This document shows, one piece after another, positions 38,216-52,269 of a stretch of 64,000 bases of DNA (position 1 is the stretch's first letter; each line of letters starts with the position of its first letter). Source of the DNA: Octopus bimaculoides (Eukaryota); assembly GCF_001194135.2 (NCBI RefSeq), contig NC_068986.1:6265363-6329362 (forward strand), given 5' to 3'. The notes under the pieces were generated by a model that had not been told where the DNA came from, searched no databases, and saw only the letters and a list, made by a program, of their open reading frames with translations. The position numbers and the translations under genes were made by a program.

Positions 38216-39469
38216 AATAACAATACCTTCAAGTGTTAAACAAATACCATATTATCATACAATGTCCTATATACACTACAGTCATTTAGGAGATGTAAGA
38301 GATCTGGAGAAGAAACAGAAATTGCGGAGACAAAAATTAAAAGGAAGAACATTACTGGCTAGAGTTGATTAATAATAAATAATTGAATTTCTCTGAAAGG
38401 GAAATAGAATGGCTCAACGAAAGAAGATATGATGAAAATAACACAAAACTGTCCAAAAGCCAAAAATAAGATAAGCTTATTTAATTTCATTAATGAAGGC
38501 ATCACAAAGGAGCTAAACATATAGGGAAAATGACTGAACAAAAATACAAAAATTTTCACAAGATAAAGCAAAAGACAGATGCAGGGACAGTGAATAACTT
38601 GTTAGGTAAAGACATAGATAGGGGATGAAACTAGTTGATATTGAAAATACAAGATTTTGAAAGATTTGGGGTCTGTGATAGCAGTATCAGTATAAGATGA
38701 ATGTCAGAGTTAAGTAGAGTTACGATAGTTGAAATAAACTGATGATGTGTACTTTGAAAGAAGGTGAAGTAAGATGGATGTCCTCAATATAAAAAGATAT
38801 ATCATTGGAAATTTGTTGTTGATTATAAGAGCTTGGAGAGTGGAAGAGGAAGTAGAGGAGAAGGGAACTTTGAGCTACAGTAACTGGAATATTTAGCTGC
38901 TGATAGCTGGGCCAGAGTATTGAGTGGCAGGGAGAATGGAAGTTACATATGTACAAATGACTTCATTATTCAGACTGAAATTTGAGTTTAGTCTGGACAG
39001 CAGAAATGGGTTATAAATAATGGCTGACAGATTTATGTTTCATAGAGGAATAGCATGTGAAGTTGGCATATAAGAAGCCATGCTGGGTTTAGGTTGGATT
39101 GGAGTTCAAAGATGTTAGTGGAACAGAGAAGCAATTTGCTTTCAGATTTAGAACTCTAAACATTAAGCAGTATATACATAATGCACAAGGTGTGTCAGAA
39201 GCTGTGACATATTGCCAAAAGGTATGGGTATGGCAGGTCAACTTCTCACTCCTCTCCTATCTATGACATGACTTGACAGTCTTCATAATGCTTGAAATGC
39301 TTGAAAGTCCTTGCACCAAATATAATAAAAGGAACACAGAAAACATAATTGGTATTTATACTTTTTATAATATACATGAGTTTCAGAAGATAGGTAAAAT
39401 GTCAATTACATGAACTTAAATACCCATTTATATGAAATACAGCCTACCTTCTTCATTAGTATTATTGGT

Positions 39470-39650
39470 AAAAATACAACACAAAGAAGAAGGCATCCCC
39501 ATCAAAATTGTTCTTCCAGATTCTGATAGGGCATTTTCCCCTCATCATATATACCATAACATCTTCAATAGAAACACTATTATGTTATCTAACTCCACCA
39601 AACTGAGCCTTACTACCATTATTGCAGCCTCTAATAAGTGCAGACATGTG
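39470..39650 (+). mobile_element. Small Penelope-like remnant (linker motif)
   Basis: DRAFSPHHIYHNIFNRNTIMLSNS..LTTIIAASNK within ORF 39432-39839 matches the PLE motif KIFNRNT.K.SYS. Confidence 0.55.
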
Positions 39651-40854
39651 AGATACAAAGCCAGGATTACTGCCAGGGCTGGAGCTGATCACTCCATTAA
39701 TGTCTCTGGAGTCTGTACCACTTCCAAACAAGCACATTGTGAAATACACGATGTAGAAACCCACAGCATTGGGTTCAGGGAAGTGTGTAGATTTCACCAC
39801 TCTGAGCAGATCTGGACTTCCTACCCAGGATTGTGCTAACCAAACTATTTCTCTGCCATATTCTACTTTGGGTGAAGTGAGGGCTGGACCATTGGACTCT
39901 TGGTCCAGGGCTCACCATCCTGTAGTTGAAACTGTAAGGTCCCCATCAAATGCTACCTAGCTAGCTACTACATTTAGAATAACATGTATAAGTTCATGGG
40001 GAAGACTGCTAATTGTAGCAGGTTTTGCATCAGTACCATTGTAAACCCCGGGAATCCTTTTTCCAAGGAACGCTTGTGCATAGTTTAGGTTCTCTGCTTC
40101 ATCTGTGGAGTATGTCCATTCTCTAACAGAGAGAGAGTGAAGTTAACTATACTTTGCAACAGTTGGTTTGGGGATTGCCTGGTCCTACCAGAGAGGGAGA
40201 TGTACCTGCACACACTGTACCAAGGAGGGATTGAAAATTACATATCTAACAGTAACTCTTTACTTAATAAGCAGAATGAAGAAGGATTGTTTAGTGCTCA
40301 TAGGAAATCTCATACCTTTTAACTCTACAAAGTGGGTTCTAGCAGTAACTATGACAGGACAGGCTAACCATCAGCCCTTGCTTTGAGTATTTTGCTGATA
40401 TCTCTCCCACTGTGCTCTTGTATTGCTGAACATGCAGAATGTTCTTAGTTGTCTTTTGTCCTAGATCAGACTACCCTTTTATTCCTTCCCCACTTATGCA
40501 CATTTGTCTCCCTTTCCAACAGTTTTTGTCCACTCACTCTGCCTTCCCCTGAGATCTCTTGTTGGAACTTTGATTCACCCTTTCACCATTTTCAAACACT
40601 TTGCACACGTTACTGACCTTCTAGTACACCAAGCTGCTTAAACTTTATCCTTATTTGCAACATATGCCTAAATCTGTTTGATTTCCTTGATTCATCTGCC
40701 TGCCATCGGAACAGTTTGTGGACCATTTTTTATAATGGCTGGAGTTTAAGTAATCTACTATTCCCTAACTTACACAACTTTTACAATTATAATTATTTTT
40801 TTGCTATTTTCTATTATTATCATCATGATATGATAATTATTACCACTATTGTTA

Positions 40855-40859
40855 ATGCT

Positions 40860-40908
<49 letters not shown>

Positions 40909-40925
40909 CCACCACCACCACCACC

Positions 40926-41005
<80 letters not shown>
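40855..41005. repeat. (CAT)n-(CAC)n-(CAT)n microsatellite
   Basis: Directly visible. Confidence 0.95.
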
Positions 41006-41006
<1 letters not shown>

Positions 41007-41194
41007 TGTTTGACTTTTGCTTTGTATTTGTACAAGTTGACTCCAAGTCTCACCCAGAAACCTCAAGAGACAACAAGTTAGAAGTTCAAGTTGGTATTAT
41101 GCCTAGGGTGCCACATACTTGGTTTTGCACATAGTATTATTCTAGATAATGTTTAAGAAAATATAAGGAAATATTTTGAAATTTTTTTTAAATT

Positions 41195-42335
<1,141 letters not shown>

Positions 42336-43904
42336 GCAGCATTTCGTACATCTTTACATTCTGAGTGCAAATTCTACTGAGGTTGACTTTGCCTTTCATC
42401 CCTGGGGTCAATCTAATCAACTTACCCGCTCTCAAAATTTCAGGTCCTGTACCTATATTAGAAAAGATCATTATCATTTTTATCTAAGTTTGTGAGCCGG
42501 CAGGATTGTTTGTGCATCTGACTAGGTGATTGGTAGCATTTGTTCTGGCTCTTTATGTTCTGAGTTCAAATTCCACTGATATTGACCTTGCATCTTTTTG
42601 TGGTCAGTGAATTAAGTACCTGTAGTGACGCATGGTTCTAGATGCCATGTTAGAACATTCATCTACGCATGCACAAGGATTAGAGCTTTCCGAAGACCTG
42701 ACAGAAGCCCCTTATGTGCATGCGCAATCATCATCAGCAGCTAGGGTTCACCACCATTCACTGTCTTCGATCGCAGCTTCTGACCAGGCAGGATGCAACT
42801 TAGGGCAGCTCTGTGGAGAATAGACTTTTGATGGTGAGTGACACTGCGAGTCTGTGAAAATGCCTTATCACTTTTGTGTCTAACTACCAACCCAGCTGCT
42901 TTCTTCACCAAGGCATTCATGGCTACCATTAACCAGAGATGGAATGTTTATTCAGAGAAAATAAATTATTGTTATTTATTCAGAGAGATTTTGTCCTCTC
43001 CTTTCCTTCCATGTACTGTGTATGGAAATTGTGAGGCACCCAGCAAGTGCTAATCACTTTTCCTACATACCATTTGAGCACTAAGCTTGATGTGATTAAC
43101 TGACCCTTTCTTCAAAAAGCCCTGTGCCAGAGTTTTAAACCTTTGTTATTATTATTTATTATAATTATCAAAATTATTATCATTATTACTATTATCATAT
43201 TATTACTATTATCATACATGGTGATTGTACTTTCATGGCTTGTAACAGGTTTGCTTGTGTTTGTGTGTTTGAGTTTTTAGGAGACTGTTGCACATGTGGA
43301 TATATTTGTGATTGGGCCCTGTGTATGTGTGAGTGTCTCTATAGATTTAATATGTGTGTATGTGAATAGCAGTGCCAGGTCATGCATCTACAATTACTCA
43401 TATTTTTAAACTTCATGAACTTGGCGACCTGCTGCCTGCTAAGCTGTTTCCTTGTGTGATACATACATAGATAGATAGAATAGAAGACAGCCAAAGTGCT
43501 ATCTAGTACATCCAGAAACTTAAAATTTTATTAATCTTTATAACTCGTCTCAAACATTTAGCATTTTGTACTATGCTATATTGACCTTTAAATTCTCAAC
43601 CATTCTTTTTCCAGTTTGGGAACTTTATCTGCAACACTAACAAATTTTGCAAGGAGAACCAAGTTATATAAAAGGTTCTAAGAACTATAATCAATAGAAG
43701 GAAACTGAAGATAAAGCTTTAGTGTATACTTAACTTCTAAATTCCTCACTAAACTCTTTGTAAATTCTGTATTCAGCTTGAATGACTTTCACAAGCTCTT
43801 TATGAAGAGCTACTCTCTTAGCACACATCAGACTATAGTGTACAGGACTCTGTCAAAGATCTTCTTCAGATTCATAAAAGCTAACTAATTGTCTAACTAT
43901 TCAC

Positions 43905-44060
43905 AGGCACGGTTGTGTGGTAAGAAGCTTGCTTCCCAACCACATGGTTCTGGGTTCAGTTCCATTATGTGGCACCTTGGGCAAGCATCTTTGACTATAG
44001 CCTCAGGTCAACCAAAGACTTGTTAGTTGATTTAGCAGAGAAAAACTGAAAGAAGTCCAT

Positions 44061-44091
<31 letters not shown>

Positions 44092-44490
44092 GACCAAAGT
44101 GTACGTACGCTGCTATATTTTTTTATTTATAAAAAATACAAAAATGGGATAAGAACGCAAAACATCCAGACAGTTAGGTGATACTAAAAAGGGACAACAA
44201 AACATCGAAACAGACGATACAAAGAAAACAAGGACGGGTCATCTGGGGTTGTATGTGTGTGTGTGTGAGTGTGTCTTTGCATCTGTGTTTGTTCTCCACC
44301 ACTGCTTGACAACTGGTGGTACTTTGCAGCTTAGTATCTCCACAACTTAGCAATTTGACAGAACTGACCAATAGAATAAATACCTGAAAAAAAAAGTTCT
44401 GGGTTTGATTTATTTGACTAAAATTCTTCAAGGCAATGCCCCAACATGGCTACACTCTAATAACTGTAACAAGTAAAAGACAAAAAGTAT
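43905..44490 (+). mobile_element. SINE family A interrupted by an unrelated ~150-bp repeat (44090-44240)
   Basis: Head at 43905-44065, second half at 44260-44490. Confidence 0.7.
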
Positions 44491-45110
44491 TAAATAAAAT
44501 TCCATCATGTGTGTGTGCACAAAATTTGTCATTCTTGCTTCTAGTATCAGATTGTGAGAAAAACAACAACAACAACAACAACAAAAAATGGTATTTATCC
44601 CCACCTAACCTTTTTTTTTTACCATATTTCTTTTGCAATGCATAATCTTTGTTTTAGTTAATTTAGAAAACAATGAAAAATTTAGTAAAATAACATTGTC
44701 ATTGTTAAACCGATGTTTGGAACATAAATTAGCATGAAATTTTGATGAGAGATTTCAATTTAGATCCTTTTAAACAGAAAGTCTGTGACATAGAACTAGG
44801 AGTAATGTCAGGCAGGTTGGTATTAATAGGATTAAAAGTGTTAGAAGACAATATTGTGATAGTTACCATGAGAAAATCTCTCATATGAGCTTCCGGTGCA
44901 TATAAACATTCTTGTTTACATCACTAGCATGAGATAAATCAAGTGCCATTGCCTTTAAAAAAAATTGGTGTTGTGTTGAATTTCCTAGTGAGCATTATTA
45001 CATCCCATGGCTCTACATTCTTGAAGAAGTGCAATAAAAGCTCTCTTAATTGTAGAATAGGAAAAAGTTGATAACAGGAAGAGCATCTGATCATTGAAAT
45101 ATGGCCTTAA

Positions 45111-45362
45111 CCCTTTAAGCATTCACATTACTCTGTCAAGTGTAATGCTTATTTATTCACATTGGTTTGAATTAATCATGTACTATTTTATAGGCGCAGG
45201 TGTGGCTGTGTGGTAAGAAGCTTGCTTCCCAACCATGTGGTTCCGGGTTCAGGCCCACAGCATGACACCTTGGGCAAGTATCATCTACTATAGCCACAGG
45301 CTGACCAAAGCCTTGTGAGTGGATTTGGTACATGGAAACTGAAAGAAGCCTGTCATATAAAT

Positions 45363-45445
<83 letters not shown>

Positions 45446-45849
45446 TATAGATATATATATATATATATGTATGTATGTCTCTTTGTGTCTGTGTTTCTCC
45501 CCTCCACCATCACTTGACAACCGAAGTTGGTCTGTTTATGTCCTTGTAACATAGCAGTTCGATAGAAGACTCCCAATAGAATAAGTACCAGGCTTACAAA
45601 GAATAAGTTCAGGGATAGATTTCTTCAACTAAAAAGCAGTGCTCCAGCATGGCCTCAGCCAAATGACTGAAACAAGTAAAAGAATAAAAGAATGAAAGAA
45701 TATTTTGTAGCTTTGAGATTTCAAAGATGTAATTGCTTATTTTTACAATGACATTATAAGGTATGTGTGAAAGGTCAGATCTAGCCAGTTTCAACATAAA
45801 ACAGGAAGAAAATTTTAGGCCAGATATGACTGGTTTAAATGCTAAAGGG
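45111..45849. mobile_element. TTAA-flanked MITE (piggyBac-like) containing a SINE
   Basis: TTAA|ccctttaagcatt ... aatgctaaaggg|TTAA (45107-10 and 45850-53). Confidence 0.7.
45191..45702 (+). mobile_element. SINE family A, full length
   Basis: Head, microsatellite spacer and gtcaaatgactgaaacaagtaaaagaata-type tail, as at 896-1327. Confidence 0.85.
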
Positions 45850-46744
45850 TTAAATGAGTAAGCATCCAACCTGTATCAGCAAAAAAAAAAAGAAATGACT
45901 CAGCAAAGGAACAAATAAAACAAATTGCAGTTTTTAAGCTGTGGATGAAAGTACATGCTTATAGAAGCCTGTTTAACCAAAAGATTTGTTTTCTCAAAGC
46001 TATTTACCTAACACAAATATAGAAACACTATAATGGCATTATTGCTGATGTGGTCAAAGATTATTTACAGGAAGTCATTAATCAGTTATTATTTTTCCCA
46101 CTTCTGGTAAGCACTCTTTATTAACTTCTTTGTTGCATATGATTAAGCAAGTATGATAGAAAACCTGAAGCTGCTTAATGGAATTATGAGAGAACAGTAA
46201 TTTAATCAAACACCCAAAACAATTTTACCTGTATTTAATTGCTGCCAATAGAGATTGGATATTCACATTGAGACAACTGACTTTATAGCAACTATGAAGA
46301 ACATTGGAGACGTCTAGCTATTGACCCAAATTTTTGCTGTCAAGGAAATCTTGTAGTAATCATTGTGTGGATTAATAAGAAAAGAGAAAAAAAAGAAGAA
46401 AGAAATACAGTTATAAAGGAATATATGCCAGAACTATAGTTTGTTTTCCTCAAAGCGTAATAACATTAAACATACATTAAACACAATAGACAAATATAAT
46501 AACGATTGAGGAAAGTAAACAGACTGAGAAATATTGTTTGAAAACGGGCAAAAGGAAATGAACAATATCAACGAATAAAAAAAGAACAACAAAAAAATAA
46601 CAAACATTGTTACAAAAAACAAAATCAGTAGTCTTTTATTATCACAGAATCACCTGAAATAGTTTTAGAAAGAATTCTATAAATTTTTCAAATGTAGGTT
46701 GACAGATATTTTTTTTACAAACATCATCATTATCATCACCAGCA

Positions 46745-46792
<48 letters not shown>

Positions 46793-46809
46793 TCATCATC
46801 ATCATTATC

Positions 46810-47207
46810 ATCATCATTTAATGTCTGATTTCCATGCTGGCATGGGATGGACAGTTTGGCAAGAGCTGGTCAGCCAGAGTGCTGCACCAGACTCCAATTG
46901 TCTGTTTTGGCGTGATTTCTATAGCTGGATATTCTTCCTAACAGAAACCACTTGACAGAATGTACTGGGTGCATTTTATATGGCACCAGCACCAGTGCAT
47001 TTTTATGTGGCACTGGCACAGGTGCCTCATATGTGGTGCACTAACCTGGGTGCTTTTTATGTGGCACCAGCATGGTTCCTCTGTATATAGAGCTGGCACA
47101 GGTGCTTTTTATGTGGTGCCAGCACAGGTGCACTTTACATGGCACTAGCATGGGTGCATTTTACATGGAACCAGTACAGGTGTTTTTTATATGGCACCAG
47201 TATGGGT
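46810..47207 (-). repeat. RTE-related 3' tail with ~26-bp minisatellite (46966-47207)
   Basis: About 9 degenerate units of caggtgcttttatgtggcaccagca next to the tail ccatgctggcatggg. Confidence 0.7.
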
Positions 47208-47444
47208 CTTCTAAATAAACCCTTCTTTTGTTGTTATAATTCACTTCACATCTAGGATGCTCTACCCTCTAAAATTTATAGGAATTTTAAAGCATCCCCA
47301 GTATTTGATTGCTATTTTGTTTTCTGGATCTCATAAAAGGGAAAGGCAAACTTGATGGGATTTGAACTCAGAATGCAAATGATTGTAAATAAGTACTGAA
47401 AAGTTACCTTAGGAATGAGAACCCAGGTTCGAAATTTCCCCAAG

Positions 47445-47488
47445 ACACCTGAAGAAGGCTGGAGGGTATATCAGCTGAAACATTGTGT
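47445..47488 (+). ncRNA. Minimal type I hammerhead-like motif in a solo PLE-like tail
   Basis: acac-CTGAAGA-aggctg...cagct-GAAA-catt-gtgt. Stem III is degenerate (acat rather than acgt). Confidence 0.5.
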
Positions 47489-48261
47489 TAACAACAAAAA
47501 AGATGACAAATATCCATCAAATGTAAATAATGTAAATAATGTACTCAAAAGTTATTTTGTCCCATATGCTAATGATTCTGCTGTATATGCTTCAAAAAAC
47601 AAATATTAGTATCGCCATAATTATTTCTTTATGCAGTTTTCTATGCATGCATGAGTTAGACAGAGTTTCTTCTGACAGATTGTCTGTAGCTNNNNNNNNN
47701 NNNNNNNNNNNNNNNNNNNNNNNNNNNNNNNNNNNNNNNNNNNNNNNNNNNNNNNNNNNNNNNNNNNNNNNNNNNNNNNNNNNNNNNNNNNNNNNNNNNN
47801 NNNNNNNNNNNNNNNNNNNNNNNNNNNNNNNNNNNNNNNNNNNNNNNNNNNNNNNNNNNNNNNNNNNNNNNNNNNNNNNNNNNNNNNNNNNNNNNNNNNN
47901 NNNNNNNNNNNNNNNNNNNNNNNNNNNNNNNNNNNNNNNNNNNNNNNNNNNNNNNNNNNNNNNNNNNNNNNNNNNNNNNNNNNNNNNNNNNNNNNNNNNN
48001 NNNNNNNNNNNNNNNNNNNNNNNNNNNNNNNNNNNNNNNNNNNNNNNNNNNNNNNNNNNNNNNNNNNNNNNNNNNNNNNNNNNNNNNNNNNNNNNNNNNN
48101 NNNNNNNNNNNNNNNNNNNNNNNNNNNNNNNNNNNNNNNNNNNNNNNNNNNNNNNNNNNNNNNNNNNNNNNNNNNNNNNNNNNNNNNNNNNNNNNNNNNN
48201 NNNNNNNNNNNNNNNNNNNNNNNNNNNNNNNNNNNNNNNNNNNNNNNNNNNNNNNNNNNAC

Positions 48262-48403
48262 AACAAGGGTCGCCGCCACCCTCTGCCAGAGCCTTGTGGA
48301 GCTTTAGGTGTTTGCGCTCAATAAACACACGTAACACCCGGTCTGGGAATCAAAACCTCGATCCTCTAACTGCGAGTCCACTGCCCTAACCAATGGGCCA
48401 TTG
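48262..48403 (-). mobile_element. SINE family C head
   Basis: Homologous to 23250-23394. Confidence 0.75.
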
Positions 48404-48406
48404 AAA

Positions 48407-48660
48407 AATAAATGCGCCCTTTTAAAGCCTAGCCAGGCTCATGGGCCCGGTTTCCCGGTTTCAATGGCGTATGTGTTCCCCAGCTGGACAGGATGCCAAT
48501 CCATCATGATGTTACTCATTTTTGTCAGCTGACTGGACTGGAGCAACGTGAAATGAAGTGTTTTGCTCAAGAACACAACATGTCGCCCGGTCCAGGAATC
48601 GAAACCACAATCTTACGATCATGATGCTGACACTTTAACCACTAAGCCATGCACCTCCAG
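48407..48660 (-). mobile_element. tRNA-derived SINE, family D (CORE/V-like central domain)
   Basis: Minus head ggtgcatggcttagtggttaaagtgtcagcatcatgatcgtaagattgtggtttcgattcctgg, then gagcaaaacacttcatttcac...gatggattggcatcctgtccag. The domain name is from memory. Confidence 0.7.
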
Positions 48661-49323
48661 TATTTGGTCTTCACTTAAGCTTTATTATTATTGTTCTAGT
48701 TTCTTTGTCAAAGCTGTTTTGAGTTACACATCCTGTGACCTCTTCAGAGACCCTCTATCCTATGCATCTCTTCTTGTTCTGCTTATTCTAGAAAATGTAA
48801 TAAGCAGAACAAGAGAAGACATATGGGATAGAGCATCACTGATGGGGTCACAGGATGTATGATGAAATAACTTTGACAAAGAAACTGAAATAATAATAAT
48901 AAAGCTGAAATGAATACCAAATATTTATAGTACATGTGTTTAATTGGCAAAATATGACCATCCCTAATTATAACAATATCTATTTCAATGCACGATTTCT
49001 CATCAGGAATCTTGCAAAACAAATACATAAATGTATTGGTAAAATACTTTATGTGAATTTCTGCATTGAAACAAATTTTGTTGTGTCTAAGGAGAGTCAT
49101 TATGCCAATGTAATTAACACACACACTGGTTCAATTCATTGAAAAGGCTGCAAGTAGCAATGTTAGAGCTTTGACAAAAACAAAAGAAATGACCAACTGT
49201 TTAATCAAATTAAAGAAACAATTAATTAGTTAGTTGGATATTTAATCAATTGACTAATAATAGAGGAGTGGAATTGAACTAGTGTGTGTGTTAATATTGG
49301 CATAATGACTCTCCCTTGACAAT

Positions 49324-49425
<102 letters not shown>

Positions 49426-49859
49426 GATTAAATTACTGTGTATTATTTAAAATAGTAAGTAGCTGCCAAACTCCAACCAGAGACCCTTAAAGCCAGATCT
49501 GAGAACTATAAATGGTCTGTTATTTCTTTACTCACCTTTTTTTCAATTTAAGATACTGCAAACAGTTATGGTTTCTGATCACTGTGAGACTAAAAGCTTT
49601 AGCATCCTCTGATTGACAAACCAGACATGTTTTTTCAACTTTGTCAAAGACTCTATTATTTGATTGGGATACATTCACGTAAACTAAATTTTATCTTCTT
49701 GTCATTATAAAAAAAATTCATTACCTCATCTGGATGTTTTTATGTAAACTATTTTTTGATTCATCACAGAGGATGCACAAAGCCTCACACTTTACTTTTG
49801 AAAATCTTTTTAAATAAGTGAAACCTGTTAAGGTTAATAAATACTTTTAAAAGACTTCT

Positions 49860-50365
49860 GCATTAGGCCTCACCGAGGCAATGACTAGTGATCAAAACCT
49901 TTGGAAATATGTTGTGCTTGAGAAGACCCAGCAAGCCAAGTGAGACCATAAACCGTGGCCTATGCCAGTGGTGTAACCAGCCCACTTATGCGTACCTTTC
50001 CTTCATTGGACACCAAACTCTGCTTGCGAAGACCTGTTGAGGCAACTGAAATTGGAATGAAATTCAATGACAGCACCGCTTGACTGGCATCCTTGCTAGT
50101 GGAGTGCTGAGAGCACCATCCGAGCGTGATCGTTGCCAGGGCCACTGACTGGCTACCATGCCGGTAGCACGTAAAAAGCACCATTCTAGCATCGCTTTAT
50201 TGGCACTTGTGCCGGCGGCACGTGAAAAATAACATTTGCGCGAGGTCGTCGCCAGTGCCGCTGGACTGGCTCCTGTGCAGGTGGCACGTAAAAAACACCA
50301 TTTGAGCGTGGCCGTTGGCAGTACTGCTTGACTGACCCTCGTGCCGGTGGCACGTAAAAGCACCC
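49860..50365 (+). mobile_element. RTE LINE ORF end and 3'UTR repeats, truncated by the L1/Tx1-like complex
   Basis: LGLTEAMTSDQNLWKYVVLEKTQQAK*, as at 2-103, then UTR modules. Confidence 0.8.
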
Positions 50366-51432
50366 ACGTGCCAAATAATATGATATATTTCATATTTTCA
50401 AAACTGACACTCCCCTCATCACAATGTTTTCACACAAGGCAAAAAAGCAAATACAGAAATAGAGTTATACAATTACATACCAGCCACCAGAGAAAAATTT
50501 CTTTATTGCCCACAAGGGGCAAACACAAAGACATGTGGGGATACATAACAAAGAAAAAGAAAAAAAGAAAAGGCGAATGTTATAATGAATGATAAAATGA
50601 AAATGAGAAATGGAATGATGAGTTACTTCATTTTACTTCTTTTATTTTTTCCTTTTAAACTCGGAGCCTTTCTGACACCTTAAACACTCCTGCATAGCTT
50701 CTTTCATTCCTGTTGGCCCACGAAGTGTCCGACTGTTCAGAATCGGACACCCCAGTGTAACTATTATCTGACCAGCTGATTTCTTCCATTTTTCCTGGCT
50801 TACCCTCCTCTATGAGGAGGGAGAGCACAACTATCCTGCCACAGGGCAGTAAAAACCAAAGTGTTCAAAGAACACTACGACAATTAACAACGATAATCGA
50901 CCAGGCACTCGAGAAAATATTTCTTTATTGCTCACAATGGACCAACACAGAGGGGACAACATAAATACATGTTGGGACACATCACAAAGAAAAAGAAAAT
51001 AAAGAAAAGAAAAGGCGTATGTTACAATTCATGATAAAATGAAAATGAGAAATGGAATGAAGTTTCCTCAGTTTTCCAAATTTTTATTTGTGTTATCGTA
51101 CATTATTACGTAGGTTCCTTTCTTCCTTTTTCCGGGAGAGGGGAGGTTGAATTACTTGTCTCTGACTGTGTTTGCTTACGTGTTGGAGGGGTGTTAAACT
51201 TTGCAGAGGCAGCAGGAAAGAAAGAAAGAGAAACTATTACTGAAATGAAAAATTTGAAAGCATTTACGTCAATGTTAAAAAAAAGGAGCGGACGGATATA
51301 AAAGTAGCCCCTCCAACAGAAACAGTAGAACAAGTAAACAAGAACAGAATTGGAAAAACGGTTCGGAACAGTCGAAGTGAGGTTTACATCAGAGGAGGTG
51401 GCTAGGCGGCATACCTCTAAAACTCTATATAT

Positions 51433-51930
51433 ATGGGAAGAAGAACATCCAAAGTAAAAATCACAAATATTCCTCCTGAAGTAGATGCTGCCTGGCTTGT
51501 GGCAGCCATAATAATGAACCAGGAGGAAGAAATCTCCATTCTCCAGGACTCAGTGGTGGAAGAGATGAACTGGAAGGGACAATGTCTAAACATGTTGATC
51601 CAGGCAGAGATCCCCACGCTGGAAGAAGTTCCAGAAATAATAAATTTCAGCGAAGAGAGAGTGATTGTCTTCGTGGAAGGCAGGAAGACAAGATGTTTCA
51701 ACTGCGGGCTAAAGAGCCATATAAGGTCCGAATGCAAACCCGAAAAAATAAAAGTGCAAGAAGAAAAGCAAGGAGAAAAAGCAGCGACGGTGGAAGCGTC
51801 ACCTACAACAATAGAGAGGGCACCACTACCATCAAAGCCAGAAGAAGAGTGTGAAGATAAAGAAAAGGAGCAGGGGTGGTCGACTGTCTTAATAAAAAAA
51901 CGAAGACCACCCTTTCCAAACTGGAAATAG
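51433..51930 (+). CDS. ORF1/gag-like nucleic-acid-binding protein with CCHC zinc knuckle (165 aa; N-terminus lost to frameshifts)
   Basis: RCFNCGLKSHIRSEC = C-x2-C-x4-H-x4-C, preceded by VIVFVEGR and followed by a charged tail. Upstream shifted frames give NFAEAAGKK and RFGTVEVRFTSEEVARR. Confidence 0.7.
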   Translation: MGRRTSKVKITNIPPEVDAAWLVAAIIMNQEEEISILQDSVVEEMNWKGQCLNMLIQAEIPTLEEVPEIINFSEERVIVFVEGRKTRCFNCGLKSHIRSECKPEKIKVQEEKQGEKAATVEASPTTIERAPLPSKPEEECEDKEKEQGWSTVLIKKRRPPFPNWK

Positions 51931-52269
51931 ATGAGAAAATAGGAAAAGAAAAAGACACCAACAAATAATAGACTAATCAACCGTTTGGCAGCTGTGTCAT
52001 CGAAAGACATTCACATATACAGAATAGGCCGGAAGGATTGCGGACGGATTAAGTCGGAATTCTTTCACGACGTAGGCCCTCTCAGAATGGATTTCTCTCC
52101 ATACATTTACGAGGGCCTACGTCCAAATATGCCCCGAGCCCGGAAAAGGAGAAAGAAAAGAAAATGAAAACGAAGAAACCTCGAACCACTGATGCAATGG
52201 TAAGCAATGTCAAACGTTCATGTAGGTTGTATAAATGTGCATGGCCTGGTGTCAAGCTGGAAGCAGGTA

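Noticed and set aside
37911-38232. Poly-Asn/Leu/Ile, poly-Asp/Met, HT/YI/CV-repeat ORFs (also 40716-41081, 41957-42170, 58380-58724 and others)
   Set aside because: Translations of tri- and dinucleotide microsatellites.
38640-39130. Possible old CR1/L2 endonuclease remnant on the minus strand (FLFHSPSS)
   Set aside because: Only a single weak motif amid stops.
49536-49824. Two possible minus-strand exons (49725-49824 and 49536-49683, GTGAGT donor)
   Set aside because: Phases are incompatible, the 41-nt intron is too short, the acceptor is weak and the peptides are not recognised.
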